Of a stretch of 64,000 nt of DNA, positions 61,601 to 64,000 are shown in pieces. Source of the stretch: Ginglymostoma cirratum (taxonomy: Eukaryota); the NCBI GenBank assembly GCA_024137785.1, contig JAHRHZ010000270.1, forward strand, positions 11,720,788 to 11,784,787, written 5' to 3'. The translations under genes were made by a program, and so were the position numbers. The stretch's first letter is position 1. Each line of letters opens with the position of its first letter. Under the pieces are notes generated by a model. That model made no database searches and was not told the DNA's origin. It saw only the letters and a program-made list of their open reading frames with translations.

Positions 61601-63780
61601 CCAGGAAGCGCAGCCCCTTGAAAGTCTGCACCGTTTCAACTGTGTGTATGTGCCTATAAATAGTGCATGGCACACAGTCTGGAAGGCTTATTTGACATGA
61701 ATATAGAGGCAGACAATGTAAAGTTCATCACCAGAAAGGCAACTAATTAACAAAGGCAGCATTTTAAAACAGGCCAGGCCATACCGAACAAGCGTGGCTC
61801 GCACGTGCTGATACAAAGGATTTCGACCCTGTCATCTGTCAGCTCGGAAGCTGAAGGTAAACAATGATATAGATTATTTCACGGGTCACAGACAGGAAAA
61901 GCAGTTAATGTCCCAGAATGGCACAAATTCATTCTGGTGTCAAGCTCGGCAACTGGAGCCCTTTATGATCAATAACTGGGCAGGATTCTTTCGGAAGCTG
62001 AACTGGGGAAGGGCGGAGGGGTCAGTTAATCTGTCAGGGACTGAAGGGCACATGAACCCACTCTTTGTTTTCAGTGATTGCTCGTGAACTATGTGATAGA
62101 TTTCAAATTCGTACCCCGAAAAACACTTGAGTTTAAATGCGGCCTGCATTTTTTTGAGTAGACCTGTTCAAGGTCCTATTCGTTTTCTTGTTTTTTATTA
62201 CGTTGCCATTGAGAGGAAGGGCAAAGGCGCCCTGGTGATAGAGCGCCCGGCAGTGCAGCCGGAGTGCAGACTGCTGTGTTATCCTAAATAGAAAAAAAAG
62301 GTAAAACTACAACCTATAAACGCCAGCGCTTACGGGGCTGTGTCCTTATTAGGCTTTCTACCTTTGGAAGATCGGGATTGTGTTTCATTGAATAACTTCT
62401 TTCTTGCAAAATAAACCATCATCTATAACCGGATTTAATATCTTAAAAGAGCGGTGGGGGTTGGGAGGTGCTGAGTGGAGACCAGGCAATGCTAAACACA
62501 GTCCATCGATCTGAACCATCACATCAGAAGACACAGACTGGTTTAATTGGTATTGGCAAACAAACTGCTGGGGAGACCTGTTGAATTAATTTTCAAATAA
62601 GGAAAATAACAGTGGTTTGAAATTCGCAGAAAATCACATGGCATTTCACACGCCGAGACATCGGCCACCAGCCCCGTTCCCTCTACAACCTGTTCCCCCA
62701 CTGCAGTTCTTAGAAGCAAGATCTCAGCGCCCGGCTCCACCATGTTCGGTGTATTCACGGCCTATCACTTTAAAAGTGAAGCAAATCAAAAGGAGATGTT
62801 GTTTGTGATCAAATGCTACAGTTATTATTTTAAGACATACAGACCCATACACATTTCACACTGGAGAAGATTCTGGTTTCACATTTGCAGACTTACTTCC
62901 CAGTCCCTAGACTGAATCCAGGCACCGAGTTTAAATCGACTTTGAAACTGCTCTCGTCAAATCAATTTTGCCTTACATTTTAATCTAGAAAGTGGACGAG
63001 CAAAATCGTGTGGATTTATCGGAATTGATGGGCCCTGTGTTGAGAAACTGATTGGAGAAACTTGCCTTGATGGTTCAGTGGGCGTTGTGGAGAAAGTTAC
63101 CGGCGAACCCAAATCAGAGACATTTGATTACAGTAAAATCAACACCCCCTCCCCCCACCCACCCAAACCTCATTTTACCAACCTACATTTACAAAGAAAT
63201 GTGGGTAAAGCTGGTTTCAATTTGCCGATGAAACATTCTATGCAATTGCTTTTTTTTCGGCCAAAGAGCAGGTGTTCGACAAGTGACAACCCAAAAGAGA
63301 CCTTATTTTATTTTTTACCTATTTTTAAACAACTTCTCTGGGGTTCTTCTTGCTACGCCAAGTTTCACCGGCAAGTTTTATATCAATGTTTATCAACAAA
63401 CCGAACAGGGCGGGTCAATTTCAGTTCTCTATAGAGGCCTCCTATATTCTGATTTCATATTTGGAGTTCATGTTTAAGCTGTAGCGGGAGACGGTTATTT
63501 CAAAAGTATCCGGGACAAGGGTTGGGGGGAAGATTTTTTTTTAAAATCAACAAGTCAATTTCTATTTTCTATTAATCTCCGAAACTGAACGTCCGGTATC
63601 GCCCACACCCGCAGCGCGTCTATTGAACAGTCGAGATACTTAATTTTAAAAAATACAATCGACGTGAATTGAGCAAAGAAAAGGAGAACGGGGCAACCAG
63701 TTCAGGCACTTGCATGCGCTTTAGCTATTTTAATGTTGAAAAACAGCAAAATAAAATCTACAAATAAGCCCCCAATCGGC

Positions 63781-63788
63781 GCGCGCGC

Positions 63789-63819
<31 letters not shown>

Positions 63820-63827
63820 TACACACA
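63781..63827. repeat. (GC)n(AC)n compound microsatellite
   Basis: gcgcgcgcacacatacacatacacacacacacacacatacacac. Confidence 0.9.
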
Positions 63828-64000
63828 AGCAGCGACAATGTCCCTCTCGTACATGAAAACAGAGGTTTGTGGTGAACTGCGGGACTTCTTTTTAGTGCTT
63901 TTTTTCTCTCAGTACATTCAGCTGTAGACCTGGTTTCAGTAGGTTTGCGTCGTGCGTACTGATGGCAACCGTCACGTTGCGAATATTCAATGGAAACCAA

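Overview
Vertebrate genomic DNA, very probably from a shark; the repeat content (HE1-type V-SINE, Deu-domain SINEs, CR1 LINEs, Penelope-like elements) is typical of elasmobranchs, which is an inference. The window holds the 5' half of a Pax5 gene on the minus strand. Exon 1B (MEIHCKHDPFAAMH) and exons 2-5 (paired domain and octapeptide) all have canonical GT-AG junctions and join in frame, and a CCAAT/GC-box promoter lies upstream of exon 1B. Exon 1A and exon 6 onward were not found, so intron 5 appears to exceed 28 kb. The rest is intronic or upstream DNA with decayed retroelements and several candidate conserved enhancers. The most notable non-genic signal is a set of short (~180-230 bp) and long (~1.8 kb) fold-back elements built from Penelope-like element termini. 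They carry minimal hammerhead-ribozyme cores (CUGANGA-A-stem II-GAAACGUH) with covarying stems and have 11-15 bp target-site duplications. One has inserted into another at the hammerhead helix III/cleavage segment. Most ORFs in the supplied track are spurious or are retroelement fragments. Repeat boundaries were placed by eye.
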